Shown: positions 28,732 through 39,335, numbered from the stretch's first letter. The stretch: DNA of 64,000 bases from Patescibacteria group bacterium (GCA_038061925.1 JBBTYD010000005.1:13477-77476); one strand, 5' to 3'. Made by a program: numbers and translations. The notes: generated from the letters alone by a model not told the origin.

Positions 28732-29727
28732 TTAAAATTCTATGTTTATTTCTTTGCTTGTCGTCTCAAAAATTTTGTTTTGATTGTCAATCTGCAATTT
28801 TAAGACAGATGTTCCGGAAGCTCCCTCTGGCGCTTTAAGCGGCATTAAATTTTTTTTAAAGCCCGTTAAATTTACCAAACTGTCGTTAATGAACCAGCTC
28901 CAGATTAAGGTCGGATTTAATATTTCTTTTGGTGAAATAAAATAAGGTATTGCCTCTATTATCTCACTGCCTTGTATTTTATAAGAATTAGTCAGTGTTT
29001 TCTCCCAAATTGTTCCAAAGGAATTGTCGTTTTTATAAAATAATATTTTCGGCTCGGTCATTCCGATGTCGATACTTGCTTGACTTGAATATTTTTGGTC
29101 CACCGTTCTGGCGGTCACTGATATATTATTGGAATTTTCCAAATAGTCATTTGTGAAGATAAAGAAATTTTTACTATAACCTGAATTGTCTTGCGAATTG
29201 GTATAATCTTTCTTCCAGGCATAAATCATATTTTTGGGATCAGCCAGCGTATTGTTATTAGGAGAACCAGTTCTTATTTCCGGCATAGTCACCACTTTTA
29301 CTTCACTATCGGGTGTGGGCAAGGCTTTGCCGCGGTAAAACGGCGGGACATAAGAATCATTCGCTTGCCAAAGCAGTGTCATCACAGAAGGTCTGATTGT
29401 TATTTTTTCGTCTATCGCGCCGTCTGGTAGAGATATTGTGGCTATTACACTTGTTTCTTCACCAGCCGCCGGTGCGGTGGTTAAAAATGACTTTTTACTA
29501 ATTCCAGATAGAACAGTTTTGCCATTTACCGACCAAGATATTAAAACACTATCCAAGTTATAGACATAACTTTTTAAATTAATAGTTGTATTTTCGTATG
29601 GAGCTGGATTGGGAGGAACTATATTTACCAATATACTGTTGGACGAGTCCGCATTTACCTTTAGCGCGAGACTTCCGAATATCAGAACTATTATGATTAA
29701 ATATAACGATAAGAATTTAAATCTCAT
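28732..29727 (-). CDS. exported beta-rich (Ig-like) hypothetical protein
   Basis: Signal peptide ending VNA-D; repeated W.VNG / W.IN strands. Confidence 0.55.
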   Translation of the reverse strand: MRFKFLSLYLIIIVLIFGSLALKVNADSSNSILVNIVPPNPAPYENTTINLKSYVYNLDSVLISWSVNGKTVLSGISKKSFLTTAPAAGEETSVIATISLPDGAIDEKITIRPSVMTLLWQANDSYVPPFYRGKALPTPDSEVKVVTMPEIRTGSPNNNTLADPKNMIYAWKKDYTNSQDNSGYSKNFFIFTNDYLENSNNISVTARTVDQKYSSQASIDIGMTEPKILFYKNDNSFGTIWEKTLTNSYKIQGSEIIEAIPYFISPKEILNPTLIWSWFINDSLVNLTGFKKNLMPLKAPEGASGTSVLKLQIDNQNKIFETTSKEINIEF

Positions 29728-29778
29728 AGTTTAATTGTACCATATCCGCTTTATAAACTTACCAATTTTTTTTGTTTT

Positions 29779-31641
29779 TCACTTTGCGACTATTTCTCCT
29801 GCCTCTTGCTCTTCTTTTGCTTTTCTGTTTGATAGTATTTGGGAAGGATCGCTAGTGATAATTTGGTCTTCGGTATACGAAGAAATAATTTTTATGGCAA
29901 CATGTTTTAATCCTGCAAAGAATATGCCCTCCCCCACACTTGATTCTAAAAGAAGATATTTTTCTTCATCCGTAAGATTGAAAGTTTTTTGCAAGATATC
30001 AATTGTCGTGGGTGATTGTTTCAGCAAGAGCTGGATAGAAGAGTTCGTGATTATTGGCACACCATAGGGAGATTTCATAAAATCTGCCGCGTCTTGAGTG
30101 ATCGTGGAAAGACCTAAATAATATTTTCTGCTTCTTTTGGCGATCGAATAGAGAAAAGAAGCGGTATCTTCAGATTTCATCATCCACCAAGCTTCGTCGA
30201 TAACTAGTAAGCGTTTTTTCAAGTTTTTGCGTATCGCGTTCCATATATAATGCATAATTATATACATGGCGATCGGTTTAAGTTCATCTTCCATATCCCG
30301 AACAGAAAAAACAACAAACTTTTTATTTATATCCACGTTACTTGGTCTGTTTAAAAATGTTGCCCAAGAACCCCTGGTGTATTTTACCAATCTCTGCACG
30401 ACGGAATCGCTTCCATCCATTCCCGAGAGCACCATTTCAAAATCTGAAAGCAGAGGAGGCTCAATATTTGAAAAGTCTGATTCCGGAGTGATGTCTTTCA
30501 TGGCATAAGTTTCGGAAATGGCTCGATCAACCATCGAATCTTCTTCAGGGGTGAGTCCTCCCAACATCAATCGGAAAAGTCCGACCAGATTAATGATGTT
30601 TGAACGCAAAACATCTTCGGCTGTTTCATCTTCGCGCGGGATTGGCAAATCAAAAGGGTTTATATGATGGTCGGAAGAAAGAGAAATATTAAAATATCGT
30701 CCACCCACTGCACCCGCCAAGAATTCATATTCTCGTTCCGGGTCTATGACTATCACATCAACCTCAAACATTAAAGATCTTAAAATTTCCAATTTTGTCG
30801 CATAAGATTTTCCAGAGCCTGATTTGGCAAAAGTTACCGAGTTGTAATTTTCTAGAGAAAATCTGTCAAAGATAACCAAGCTTGAATTATGTCTATTGAT
30901 GCCATAAAGCACGCCTTTATTATCGGTCAAGTCGAAAGAGATGAACGGAAAAACACTGGAAAGTGGTTCGGAGTTTAATTTTTGATGAATATTCAGCAAA
31001 TCATTATTTGTCGGGATGACACTTTTAAAACCAGCTTCTTGTTGGAAAAGCGCTGGTTTGATGTAGATTAGTTTTGATTCAAGCATCGATTTTATTTCAT
31101 TTTCAATTTTAAAAAGCTCTAAATCATTATCAGCATAAATTGTGATATAAATACCCACATCAAACATTTTTTCCTGCGCTTGAATTAGACTGTCGCGTAA
31201 CCCCTCGAGATCTTGATAAGCAGTGTCCAGCACCGGGTCGCGCACCATACCTTTGGTTGCGCGCGCGCTTATTTGACTTTGCACTTCCGCAACTTTTTTC
31301 TGGAATTGTCGCAATATCAGCGAGGTGTCTATCGGGTGAATAAAGATTGAAATATCAAAAACTTTATCCAAATTGATTATCGGGGAAAACCAATTGTCCG
31401 TTAAAAATCTAGGGTAAGATATTATGAAAAACGTGCGGGCGATTTTATCGCCTAGGTTTAAGGATTTTGACTCAATTTTGAGCGCCGATGGCGCAATGAC
31501 ATCTTGGAGTTCCAGACTGGCTGACTCGTATATTTCTTCTGGCGTTATCGCCAAAATGGAAGCTTGCGTCTCATTAGGATAAGCGTTTTCCTTATTTGAC
31601 TGCGTATTTTTTTTTCCAAATAATTTATTTAAAATTCCCAT
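29779..31641 (-). CDS. VirB4-like ATPase (TraC/DUF87 family)
   Basis: AKSGSGKS Walker A, IDPEREY, INPFD, VIDEAW Walker B, RKY. Confidence 0.92.
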   Translation of the reverse strand: MGILNKLFGKKNTQSNKENAYPNETQASILAITPEEIYESASLELQDVIAPSALKIESKSLNLGDKIARTFFIISYPRFLTDNWFSPIINLDKVFDISIFIHPIDTSLILRQFQKKVAEVQSQISARATKGMVRDPVLDTAYQDLEGLRDSLIQAQEKMFDVGIYITIYADNDLELFKIENEIKSMLESKLIYIKPALFQQEAGFKSVIPTNNDLLNIHQKLNSEPLSSVFPFISFDLTDNKGVLYGINRHNSSLVIFDRFSLENYNSVTFAKSGSGKSYATKLEILRSLMFEVDVIVIDPEREYEFLAGAVGGRYFNISLSSDHHINPFDLPIPREDETAEDVLRSNIINLVGLFRLMLGGLTPEEDSMVDRAISETYAMKDITPESDFSNIEPPLLSDFEMVLSGMDGSDSVVQRLVKYTRGSWATFLNRPSNVDINKKFVVFSVRDMEDELKPIAMYIIMHYIWNAIRKNLKKRLLVIDEAWWMMKSEDTASFLYSIAKRSRKYYLGLSTITQDAADFMKSPYGVPIITNSSIQLLLKQSPTTIDILQKTFNLTDEEKYLLLESSVGEGIFFAGLKHVAIKIISSYTEDQIITSDPSQILSNRKAKEEQEAGEIVAK

Positions 31642-31645
31642 AATA

Positions 31646-32296
31646 TTATTCCAATTTTATCTTTCCTTCCACTTCTCCCGGATTGAAAACTTTATAAAAT
31701 ACTTCCACAATCTCTTCGGTGCCCAATTGAGCTGATTTTATGCCACAGCGACTAAGTCCTTGTTGAATTACGCTCACTCTTTCTTCCAGTTGAGATCTCT
31801 TTTCCTCAAAGTCTTCTTGATTGGCTATCTTTGCCTCGGCTTTATTTTTTCTCTTGAATAAATTTTTGAATATCCCGGGAAATATCCCGGAATCTGATTT
31901 TAAAACAGTATGGGTATAAGGAACCACGACAAAAAAGCTTTTTGTCATTATACTCACTGACTCGGTAAAATTCCTAATAAATTCTATATATTCTTTTGTC
32001 TGTAATTTAAGCAAAGGTTCGTTTTGCACTTTGGCTCTATCTTCTAAAAGCAAAATATAAGGTCGGATGTCGAGCCTTCTACTTTGCACTGATATTTGAA
32101 TAGTAAAATCCAAAGTATTGAGAAAACTTTGGAATTGAAGAATAGTCGCTTTTTGTTCATCGTCGGACTTTAAAGACAGGTTGACTGAGTTGGCGAGCAC
32201 GATTGCTCGCAATCCGCCGTCTTTCAGCACGATTACTCCATCGCGAACCTCCTTGATGGGAACAAATTCTTGAGTTGCTTTTGCGTTTAATGCCAT
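31646..32296 (-). CDS. VirB4 N-terminal-like partner protein
   Basis: SVNLSLKS..EQ.A...FQSFLNTLDF.IQI..QSRRLD; lies between PrgI and VirB4. Confidence 0.7.
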   Translation of the reverse strand: MALNAKATQEFVPIKEVRDGVIVLKDGGLRAIVLANSVNLSLKSDDEQKATILQFQSFLNTLDFTIQISVQSRRLDIRPYILLLEDRAKVQNEPLLKLQTKEYIEFIRNFTESVSIMTKSFFVVVPYTHTVLKSDSGIFPGIFKNLFKRKNKAEAKIANQEDFEEKRSQLEERVSVIQQGLSRCGIKSAQLGTEEIVEVFYKVFNPGEVEGKIKLE

Positions 32297-32307
32297 ATTA
32301 TTTGATA

Positions 32308-32739
32308 TTATTTACCGTCCATGTGCTTGTTTAAATCTAATATGTCCAAGCTCCAAGCCAGATCCCGCAACTTATTTCCGCCCAGCCTGGCTTGATTTTC
32401 CAGCATTTCTCTTTTATTGTTTTCATTTGAAATTTTTAATTCTTCATTTTTGATTGTATTTTTGCGTCTTTTCCAAATATAAAGCTTGCTCTGTAAAATG
32501 TAATTAAATCCCGCTTCAATCATATTGATAAAAGGTTTATTATTTGGTCGATAACGAGCCAGGGCTATCGCCATACCCGCCACCGCTAAAATTGGGATCG
32601 CGCCAAAGAAGAGTCCTAGCAGTTTATAAAGTACAAAGCATAAGCCGGCTCCACCCGCCAAATAGACAAACTCTTTGAAAGTGAATGGGCCAAAAATTTT
32701 GTCTTCTATATCTAAAAATTGTGGTACTTTGAATTGCAT
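32308..32739 (-). CDS. PrgI family protein (VirB3-like)
   Basis: MQFKVPQFLDIEDKIFGPFTFKEF plus two TM helices. Confidence 0.85.
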   Translation of the reverse strand: MQFKVPQFLDIEDKIFGPFTFKEFVYLAGGAGLCFVLYKLLGLFFGAIPILAVAGMAIALARYRPNNKPFINMIEAGFNYILQSKLYIWKRRKNTIKNEELKISNENNKREMLENQARLGGNKLRDLAWSLDILDLNKHMDGK

Positions 32740-32751
32740 ATTTATTATTTT

Positions 32752-33426
32752 TTACTCGTCTGGTGATAGACGATACGGATCTCTCTTGGGCGGGTAGGAA
32801 GATGGCGGGGTTGTTTTTGTGATATTTTCCAGAGAATGTTCTGTTTTGACTATCGGAATTTGAACAGAAGCGGATAATTTTTGCGTTAAAATGGTGTCTG
32901 GTTTTTCTATTTTTTTTAGCATTTCTTCTCTACTTACATCAAAAGGAACACCGGCTGGCATAATTTCTGGAAACAGTTCTCTCTTCTCAACAATCTCAAT
33001 GCCGGCTTTATTTAGAATAGCTAGATCGCTTTTTGTTTGGGTGGCGGAATCCTCTTTAGGTGTTTGGATGTCTGAATCTCTTTGAAATATTTTTTTTCTT
33101 TCAATATTTTTAACTAATTCTTCTCGTATCTTTTTAAAAACCAGATCATTCATTTCATTTATTAATTCATTTACCGCTACTCCGGAAATTTTCATCCGTT
33201 TTTCTAATTCCCCTGGATAATTTTCTGGGCTAACAAGCCCAGAGAGCAATAACTCCGTTTCAAGCTCGAGGTCGCCTAATTGCTCAAAGGTATATCCCTT
33301 TTTTTCTCGCAGTCCCAAGATAGCCATTTTCCAATCAACCGCGTCAATCGCATTAACGGTTTCCAGCGAAAGTCCCCTTTTTGCTTTTTCTATTTTTATT
33401 TTTAACGAATCTACTGTATCATCCAT
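32752..33426 (-). CDS. hypothetical protein (paralog of next gene)
   Basis: AIDAVDW...ETELLLSGL...EMNDLVF; C-terminal DPYR. Confidence 0.6.
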   Translation of the reverse strand: MDDTVDSLKIKIEKAKRGLSLETVNAIDAVDWKMAILGLREKKGYTFEQLGDLELETELLLSGLVSPENYPGELEKRMKISGVAVNELINEMNDLVFKKIREELVKNIERKKIFQRDSDIQTPKEDSATQTKSDLAILNKAGIEIVEKRELFPEIMPAGVPFDVSREEMLKKIEKPDTILTQKLSASVQIPIVKTEHSLENITKTTPPSSYPPKRDPYRLSPDE

Positions 33427-33435
33427 AATTTTTAA

Positions 33436-33924
33436 TTATATTACTAAATTGTCTTTTATGCTTTTGGGAGTTGGTAAATTCGTGGACGTTTCTGAGGTTT
33501 CGAATGGTTGATTCTCGCTTTCTTCTATAAAAGCGGAGTAATTTCCACCCGAAAGAATGAAATTAAGCGTTTGTTCCGGGCTTGGATTTTTATTTTTTAG
33601 ATTTTTCTTAATATTTTCTTCTATAAGGTTGCTTATTGGAGTAAATATTTTTTGATTAACTTCTCCAGTAATTTTAATTGCTTCGTCCTTACTGGTTCCC
33701 ACATTATTTTCTATATTTAGCGCGTATAAATTTCCATCTTCTAGACCTACTAGAACTAGCAGAGTTTCCACTTGAAAATCATTTATTTCACTTTCCGAAA
33801 GTAAATATTTTTTTCCTATCTCTTCCGCCATACTTCCCCAATCAAAAGTATTGATTGCCTCTTGCGTTTCTTTGGGCAATTTCAGCACTTCTTCTTTAAT
33901 TGTTTGTTGCAATTTTTCGGTCAT
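33436..33924 (-). CDS. hypothetical protein (paralog of previous gene)
   Basis: AINTFDW...ETLLVLVGL...EVNQKIF. Confidence 0.6.
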   Translation of the reverse strand: MTEKLQQTIKEEVLKLPKETQEAINTFDWGSMAEEIGKKYLLSESEINDFQVETLLVLVGLEDGNLYALNIENNVGTSKDEAIKITGEVNQKIFTPISNLIEENIKKNLKNKNPSPEQTLNFILSGGNYSAFIEESENQPFETSETSTNLPTPKSIKDNLVI

Positions 33925-33936
33925 ATTTTTTAATTT

Positions 33937-36024
33937 TTAATGTCTTTCTTCTTTTGTTCCACTATCTAATTTTGCCTCCATTCTTATTTTTTGAGATGCT
34001 TCTCTTCTTTCTCTAGCGCCGAAACTATAATTATAACTTTTTCCTTTAAATTTAAATCCAATTTTACCCCCCTTTTCTATTCTTTCAGCATAAGCCCATT
34101 TTCTTTCCCTATTTTCTTTTACCACTTCATTTTTCGTATATGGAATTACCTCATTTTGCATTTCCTTTATAGTTTTTCCATTATTTACACCCCCTACTAC
34201 TGTTATTCCCGTTACTCCTGTTTTAATCTTATTTTTTTCGTCGTTTAGTGCTTTAATTTTAGCTATTGCTGTTGCTTCTTCTGGTGAACCGGATTTAGTA
34301 TCGAGTTTTTCTTGCCTTGCGCCGATTAAGTCTTTGTCTATTCTTTCAAAATCTTTTGCAACTTTATTTAATAATCCTTGCAAGTCTTGTTCTGCAGTGT
34401 TTACTGCTTGTTTTAACGGCTCATCCTCTCTCACCTCAAGCTCTTTGGCTCTCGCTTGTCGCTTTTTAACTTTATCAGCTCTGGCCTTTTCATATCCGCC
34501 TTCTTTAACTCCTAATCCAATTGCTTTTGATGATTCCAAGTTTAATCCACCCGCTTTAGCCAAAGCTCCAACGCCTTTTATGTTTCTCATGTCAAAAGAA
34601 GCCTTGGAACCATAATCTGCCGTTCTAAGAGCCATTCTGCCGGCAATTCCTTTTAATCCAGTTTCTTTTGCCGCATCCTGTAATCCCTTGCTACTTGCCG
34701 CCTTGGAGGCTAATCCTCCAATTCCAGAGGTCAAAGCTAATGCCGTTCCACCTGTTGCCGCGCCCAAGGCGAGACCTCCCGCCATCTTTGCGCCCTTCAT
34801 TATCATCTCTCCAAACTGACCCCCTCCCTTTTTGGCGAACTCAGTTGCCTTAAGAAGTAGAGCCATTATTACTATTGCCGGTATTAAGATACCCAAAATA
34901 GTCCCTAATATTGTTTCTGTATTTCCTCTGCTAAAGCTGGATATGTGTGGCAATATTTTAAATATTAGAAAGATAAAGAACATAAAAATCGACGCCATAA
35001 ATGACGTTGAAATTAAACGCTTAAACCAAGCATCCCATCCCAAATATTCGACACCGGCCAGTTTTGGCACAGTCCAGGACATAAAAGCAAAAGGAGAGAA
35101 TATAATTAATACCCACAGCTCAATCAATCTTCCTATAAACATAAGGCCGGCGATAAAAAACGCGTAAGCGGCCCAAAGCATAATTGCTCCGGCAATTATC
35201 ATTATTCCAAGTGTTAAGGAAAAAGGAAGCCGGTCCTCTTTTACAGTTTTACCTTCAATTGTTGTTGTTTTTAGCAGTTTTATAGTTTCTAACGTCATTA
35301 ATTTAGTGGCATCAAAATTTTTCCACATCGCGCCAGCTATATCTTTTCCATCTTTGAGTGCTGGATCTTTTGGCCTAGATGTTCCATCTGCATTTTTTGT
35401 GTTGACATCCAGGTTATTATAAAAAATTAACGCTAAGATGTTGGAAGAATCAATTACCACCTTAGTAAAAAACATAGAAAAGTTTATGAGCAAAGCTATA
35501 ATTACCACTCGAACTATTATTTTTTTTGTCTCGTGGCCCAGTCCCAAAATTGTTTGAATGGCTACATAAAGCAAAATAAGTATAAAGAAAATATTAGAAA
35601 AATCACGAACGACTCCCCAAGCGGCGGGAATAAAATCTGAGGCGCTTGTCACAGAGCTGTCTATTCCAAGATCGATCATAACATCAAAAAACTGCGCTGA
35701 TAGCCAAAGCACCCAACTAGGAAGCTGAAAAGTAGTGTAATAAAAAACCAATAACAAGCATCCATTAAACCAAGTCCAAGGCGATACACCGCAACCATCA
35801 ATAATCTCCTTTTTAAAGGGATCATTTCCCAAGGTGGCGGCAGCGGATGCCGCCTCTTTTTCTGCCGCCGCTTTATCCGCCACTTTATCCGCCGCTTTTT
35901 GTTCTGTTGTTCTTGTGTCTACTCCATATCCTATCTGCGCATTCACTCTTAACATCGGACTAAAAAGCCCGACCAAGATAATCAGTATCAAGAAATATGG
36001 AATTATTTTTTTTATTTTTTTCAT
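33937..36024 (-). CDS. VirB6/TrbL-like polytopic membrane protein
   Basis: W.VVRDFSN, ALLINFSMF..KVVIDSSN, R..ELW.L..FSP.AF, then a Gly/Ala-rich segment and a coiled-coil tail. Confidence 0.75.
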   Translation of the reverse strand: MKKIKKIIPYFLILIILVGLFSPMLRVNAQIGYGVDTRTTEQKAADKVADKAAAEKEAASAAATLGNDPFKKEIIDGCGVSPWTWFNGCLLLVFYYTTFQLPSWVLWLSAQFFDVMIDLGIDSSVTSASDFIPAAWGVVRDFSNIFFILILLYVAIQTILGLGHETKKIIVRVVIIALLINFSMFFTKVVIDSSNILALIFYNNLDVNTKNADGTSRPKDPALKDGKDIAGAMWKNFDATKLMTLETIKLLKTTTIEGKTVKEDRLPFSLTLGIMIIAGAIMLWAAYAFFIAGLMFIGRLIELWVLIIFSPFAFMSWTVPKLAGVEYLGWDAWFKRLISTSFMASIFMFFIFLIFKILPHISSFSRGNTETILGTILGILIPAIVIMALLLKATEFAKKGGGQFGEMIMKGAKMAGGLALGAATGGTALALTSGIGGLASKAASSKGLQDAAKETGLKGIAGRMALRTADYGSKASFDMRNIKGVGALAKAGGLNLESSKAIGLGVKEGGYEKARADKVKKRQARAKELEVREDEPLKQAVNTAEQDLQGLLNKVAKDFERIDKDLIGARQEKLDTKSGSPEEATAIAKIKALNDEKNKIKTGVTGITVVGGVNNGKTIKEMQNEVIPYTKNEVVKENRERKWAYAERIEKGGKIGFKFKGKSYNYSFGARERREASQKIRMEAKLDSGTKEERH

Positions 36025-36039
36025 TGATAATTAATATCC

Positions 36040-38295
36040 TCAGTATCCATTTACTGTAATCGGAATGGTGAGGATTGTTGGGGATGGTGACGAATCTTTG
36101 ACTACAACTTTAGTAGTTCCATACGCAACGCCTGTGACTGTGATGATGTCGAGCTTAAGGCCGGTAATTGTGGCGGTTGCCACGTTGGTATCCAGTTGAG
36201 AAGGAGTTTTAATGGTATAAGGCGCTACTCCGCCATAGGCGCCACCAGTTATGAGCGTATTGATCGTTTGTCCAACACCGACTGATAACGAGACAGGCGA
36301 TGTTATTGTAATGTTAGTGCTAACAATTGCCGCTGATGACGAATCTTTGATCAAAATTGCCGATTGACCTTCGGTGAGACCGGTGATTTGGAGAATATCA
36401 TCAACAATTTTGCTTGTTATCATTGCGGTATTCAACTCTTCTTTAATACTGTAGGGTTTTACACCGCCCGCTATAGGCACATTGATTGTTTGTCCGACCC
36501 TGACTGAAACATTTTGTGGAATGGTTAAGTCTTTGGGACCAATTACGATGATCTCGATCCTGACAGTTTTTACTGGATTGGAAGAATCATTTATTTCTAC
36601 ATAAGTCGAACCCGACGCGACACCGATAATAACCAAGCTTGTGTCGGAAAAGGCTACCACCGCTTTTGTTTCATCGGGACCTGTTTTCATACTATAGTTC
36701 CCTGCACCGCCGGATATGGTTACAGTCTTTGACTGGCTAACACCAATTGACATATTTAGCAGATGGGTAGCTCCATTAGCCAACAATGCTCCTATTTCAT
36801 TTACTGTGACACTGACAGTGACAGTTTTTGCGGGTATCGATGAATCGTAAACCGTGACTGTGACCGGAGTGGTGGTTGGCGTGTTAAGGGCAGTGATTAC
36901 GAGTTTTGGACCAGAAGAGTTAGAAACATCAATCGTGGCAATCGCTTTTGTTTTTGACGCGTCTGATTGGATTATATAGTAAGGCGCTTTGCCGCCAGAT
37001 ATATTTGTACTAGTTCCTTGTTGGACCCTGACTGAAACATTTTGCGGAATATTCAAAACTCCGTCTCCGCCTGCGGTAGTAGCGCCAGATAACGTAGTTG
37101 AACTGTTAAGAGTAACACTGCCGTTATAGCTCCAATTGTTGTTTTCTGAGGCTGATGGATTTACGGTGCTTGCGAGCGCATTCAAACCTTTATTCAAAAA
37201 GTTATTTATTAGTGCGTCAAAAATAGCAGAAAGACTATTACCCAGTGCTGCGCCTAGCTCCGTTTGTCTTAAATTGGATCCTAACGCGTCCATTATTTGA
37301 TTTCCCACTACTGTTCCGGGAGTTGTACTCACTAAACCGCCCGGACAAACATTGGGGCCGGTTGGATTACTCCAGGCGGCTCGCGCGGCCTCCTTATCAG
37401 CGTTATATTTGTTATTATAGGCGTCTATGCCTTTATCGTCAGTCACGGCTGGTTGCGGGTTAGCGGCATCCCAGGTTTTATCATTAAATTTAAAACTTGG
37501 TTTTAAAAATTCATTTATGCCATTGTTATAATTCGGATTGCTTGGACAAATTTGGGGAGACAAGAAACCCATACTTTGTTGAAGCAGGGATTGTATTTTC
37601 TGTGCTGGCGCCATTAATGTTCCTTCTAGCCGGCTTGCCAGATTCTGCTGGATAATCATATTAAATCCGAGATAATTATTTTGTGGATATTGCGTATTGA
37701 TTAAAAATCCGTTCCACCCTCCGTAGTTAAAATCATTTCTAAAGCGGACAAGCAAGCGAGGATCATTTATTACCTTAGACAAACTGTATTGCGCATTATA
37801 TGCGAGCTGACTTTTATAACTAGATATTACATTGAGTGCGGTTTGTGGACCGAAAGGAAATCTAAAAGTATCATAGCCGATCATATCCACTAATCTCCTA
37901 ATTTCAGATTTGGCGATATCCCTAAAGAAAGATTCCGGATTTTCTATAAAGAGAGGTGAACCGTGGAAATCGGAATTAATCCAATTAATAGTGGCTTGAG
38001 TTATTCTCGCTAAGACTGATTTTGCGATTGTCATAAGAATTTGACGAAGGAGAAAGTTTGCAAAATCTTTTAAATGGAGACTCGTGTTTACTACCGTTGA
38101 TGGTACACCTATTGCGTGGAAAGCTTTAGATATCCAGTTTCCGATTGAGTTAATCGTGCTTACATTAGTATTAGCCACATCAGTAACTGGTAGTTGCGCT
38201 CGCGCTCTTTCTGGTATAGATAACAAAACAGAAGGCAATACTATTAAAACAATCAAGAGAGCGGAGATGAATTTTATTGTTTTGTTGTTAACCAT
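36040..38295 (-). CDS. exported protein with VirB5-like N-terminus and C-terminal Ig-like repeats
   Basis: Signal peptide then AQLPVTD; repeated I.GG..PY / TVxV units. Confidence 0.55.
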   Translation of the reverse strand: MVNNKTIKFISALLIVLIVLPSVLLSIPERARAQLPVTDVANTNVSTINSIGNWISKAFHAIGVPSTVVNTSLHLKDFANFLLRQILMTIAKSVLARITQATINWINSDFHGSPLFIENPESFFRDIAKSEIRRLVDMIGYDTFRFPFGPQTALNVISSYKSQLAYNAQYSLSKVINDPRLLVRFRNDFNYGGWNGFLINTQYPQNNYLGFNMIIQQNLASRLEGTLMAPAQKIQSLLQQSMGFLSPQICPSNPNYNNGINEFLKPSFKFNDKTWDAANPQPAVTDDKGIDAYNNKYNADKEAARAAWSNPTGPNVCPGGLVSTTPGTVVGNQIMDALGSNLRQTELGAALGNSLSAIFDALINNFLNKGLNALASTVNPSASENNNWSYNGSVTLNSSTTLSGATTAGGDGVLNIPQNVSVRVQQGTSTNISGGKAPYYIIQSDASKTKAIATIDVSNSSGPKLVITALNTPTTTPVTVTVYDSSIPAKTVTVSVTVNEIGALLANGATHLLNMSIGVSQSKTVTISGGAGNYSMKTGPDETKAVVAFSDTSLVIIGVASGSTYVEINDSSNPVKTVRIEIIVIGPKDLTIPQNVSVRVGQTINVPIAGGVKPYSIKEELNTAMITSKIVDDILQITGLTEGQSAILIKDSSSAAIVSTNITITSPVSLSVGVGQTINTLITGGAYGGVAPYTIKTPSQLDTNVATATITGLKLDIITVTGVAYGTTKVVVKDSSPSPTILTIPITVNGY

Positions 38296-38347
38296 AAATT
38301 TGTAACATTATTATAACCTGTATTAGCCCTAGAGGGGAGTCCTGCTC

Positions 38348-39271
38348 CTACTGCTGGGATAATAATTTTTGGTTGATTGCGCTCATAAGATTGTCAACTT
38401 CTGAATCTAATTTGGTCATGTTTTCTTCGTATTTACTTATGCCGCCCAAAGCCATAATAGTGTCGCTGTCATAAAGTTTTATATCGCTTATATTTTCTAC
38501 TAATCTCTCTAACGAGTTTACAACATTTAAATGCAAGGTTGAAACAGATTGTGGCACAGTCATTTTAACCATGCCCTCTACCACTTTTTTCGTTTGTTCG
38601 ATAATTGGATCAAGTTTTACAAGCACGCTGGAATCGACAGTATTTTCATCAACCATAAATTTTTGCAGTACATCCAATACCGTATAATCCATTGCCGGAT
38701 ATTTTTTTTGAAGGCTGTTGAAGGTATTGATATAATTTGTGAAAGTTTTAACGCTGTCGTCACTTGTTGTTTTTATTTCGGAAATTAAAAACACTTTTCT
38801 TGGCGGAGAATTTTGAATCTTGTCTGCCAAAGAAGCGCTCAGTGCGTCTATCGTTGCTTGATCCATAGGCCCATTTTGGCTGGCGGCTGCTACAGTCGCG
38901 AAAAGTTCTCTAGAAAATTTGTCTGTCTGTGTCAAGTTTTCTTTCCCCTGATTATCTCTATTTTCCAGCAAGGGTAGTCCTTGCTGGTTCTGTTCTGTTT
39001 TTGATTTTAATTTACCTATGGCGACATTGTCCGGTGTCCCGGGAGCTGTTTCTTTCTTAGTCGGATCGAGTCCATATAAACCTTCTTCCCAATCCGGTAT
39101 TCCATCGCCATCGGTATCTTTATTTACTAAATCTTTTATTGTCACATTATCATAAGTTAAGCTATTTTCTTGATTAACCGATTGATATGTTTCCTTATTT
39201 TTAAATACGGAAGTTGTTTTTAGAAGAAAAAGCGCGACAACAAAAACCACCGCCAAAACGATCCAAAACAT
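38348..39271 (-). CDS. membrane-anchored hypothetical protein with a DTDGDG Ca-binding motif
   Basis: N-terminal TM; DTDGDGIPDWEE..YGLDP. Confidence 0.6.
   Translation of the reverse strand: MFWIVLAVVFVVALFLLKTTSVFKNKETYQSVNQENSLTYDNVTIKDLVNKDTDGDGIPDWEEGLYGLDPTKKETAPGTPDNVAIGKLKSKTEQNQQGLPLLENRDNQGKENLTQTDKFSRELFATVAAASQNGPMDQATIDALSASLADKIQNSPPRKVFLISEIKTTSDDSVKTFTNYINTFNSLQKKYPAMDYTVLDVLQKFMVDENTVDSSVLVKLDPIIEQTKKVVEGMVKMTVPQSVSTLHLNVVNSLERLVENISDIKLYDSDTIMALGGISKYEENMTKLDSEVDNLMSAINQKLLSQQ
38965..38987. repeat. hairpin element (9-bp stem, 5-nt loop) in frame within hypothetical gene
   Basis: ccagcaagg-gtagt-ccttgctgg, encodes QQGLPLL. Confidence 0.5.
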
Positions 39272-39335
39272 CCTTTTGTATTTTAACCAAATCTTTTTAA
39301 TTATGGATTAATTGTAACACTTTTCAAAAAAGAAA

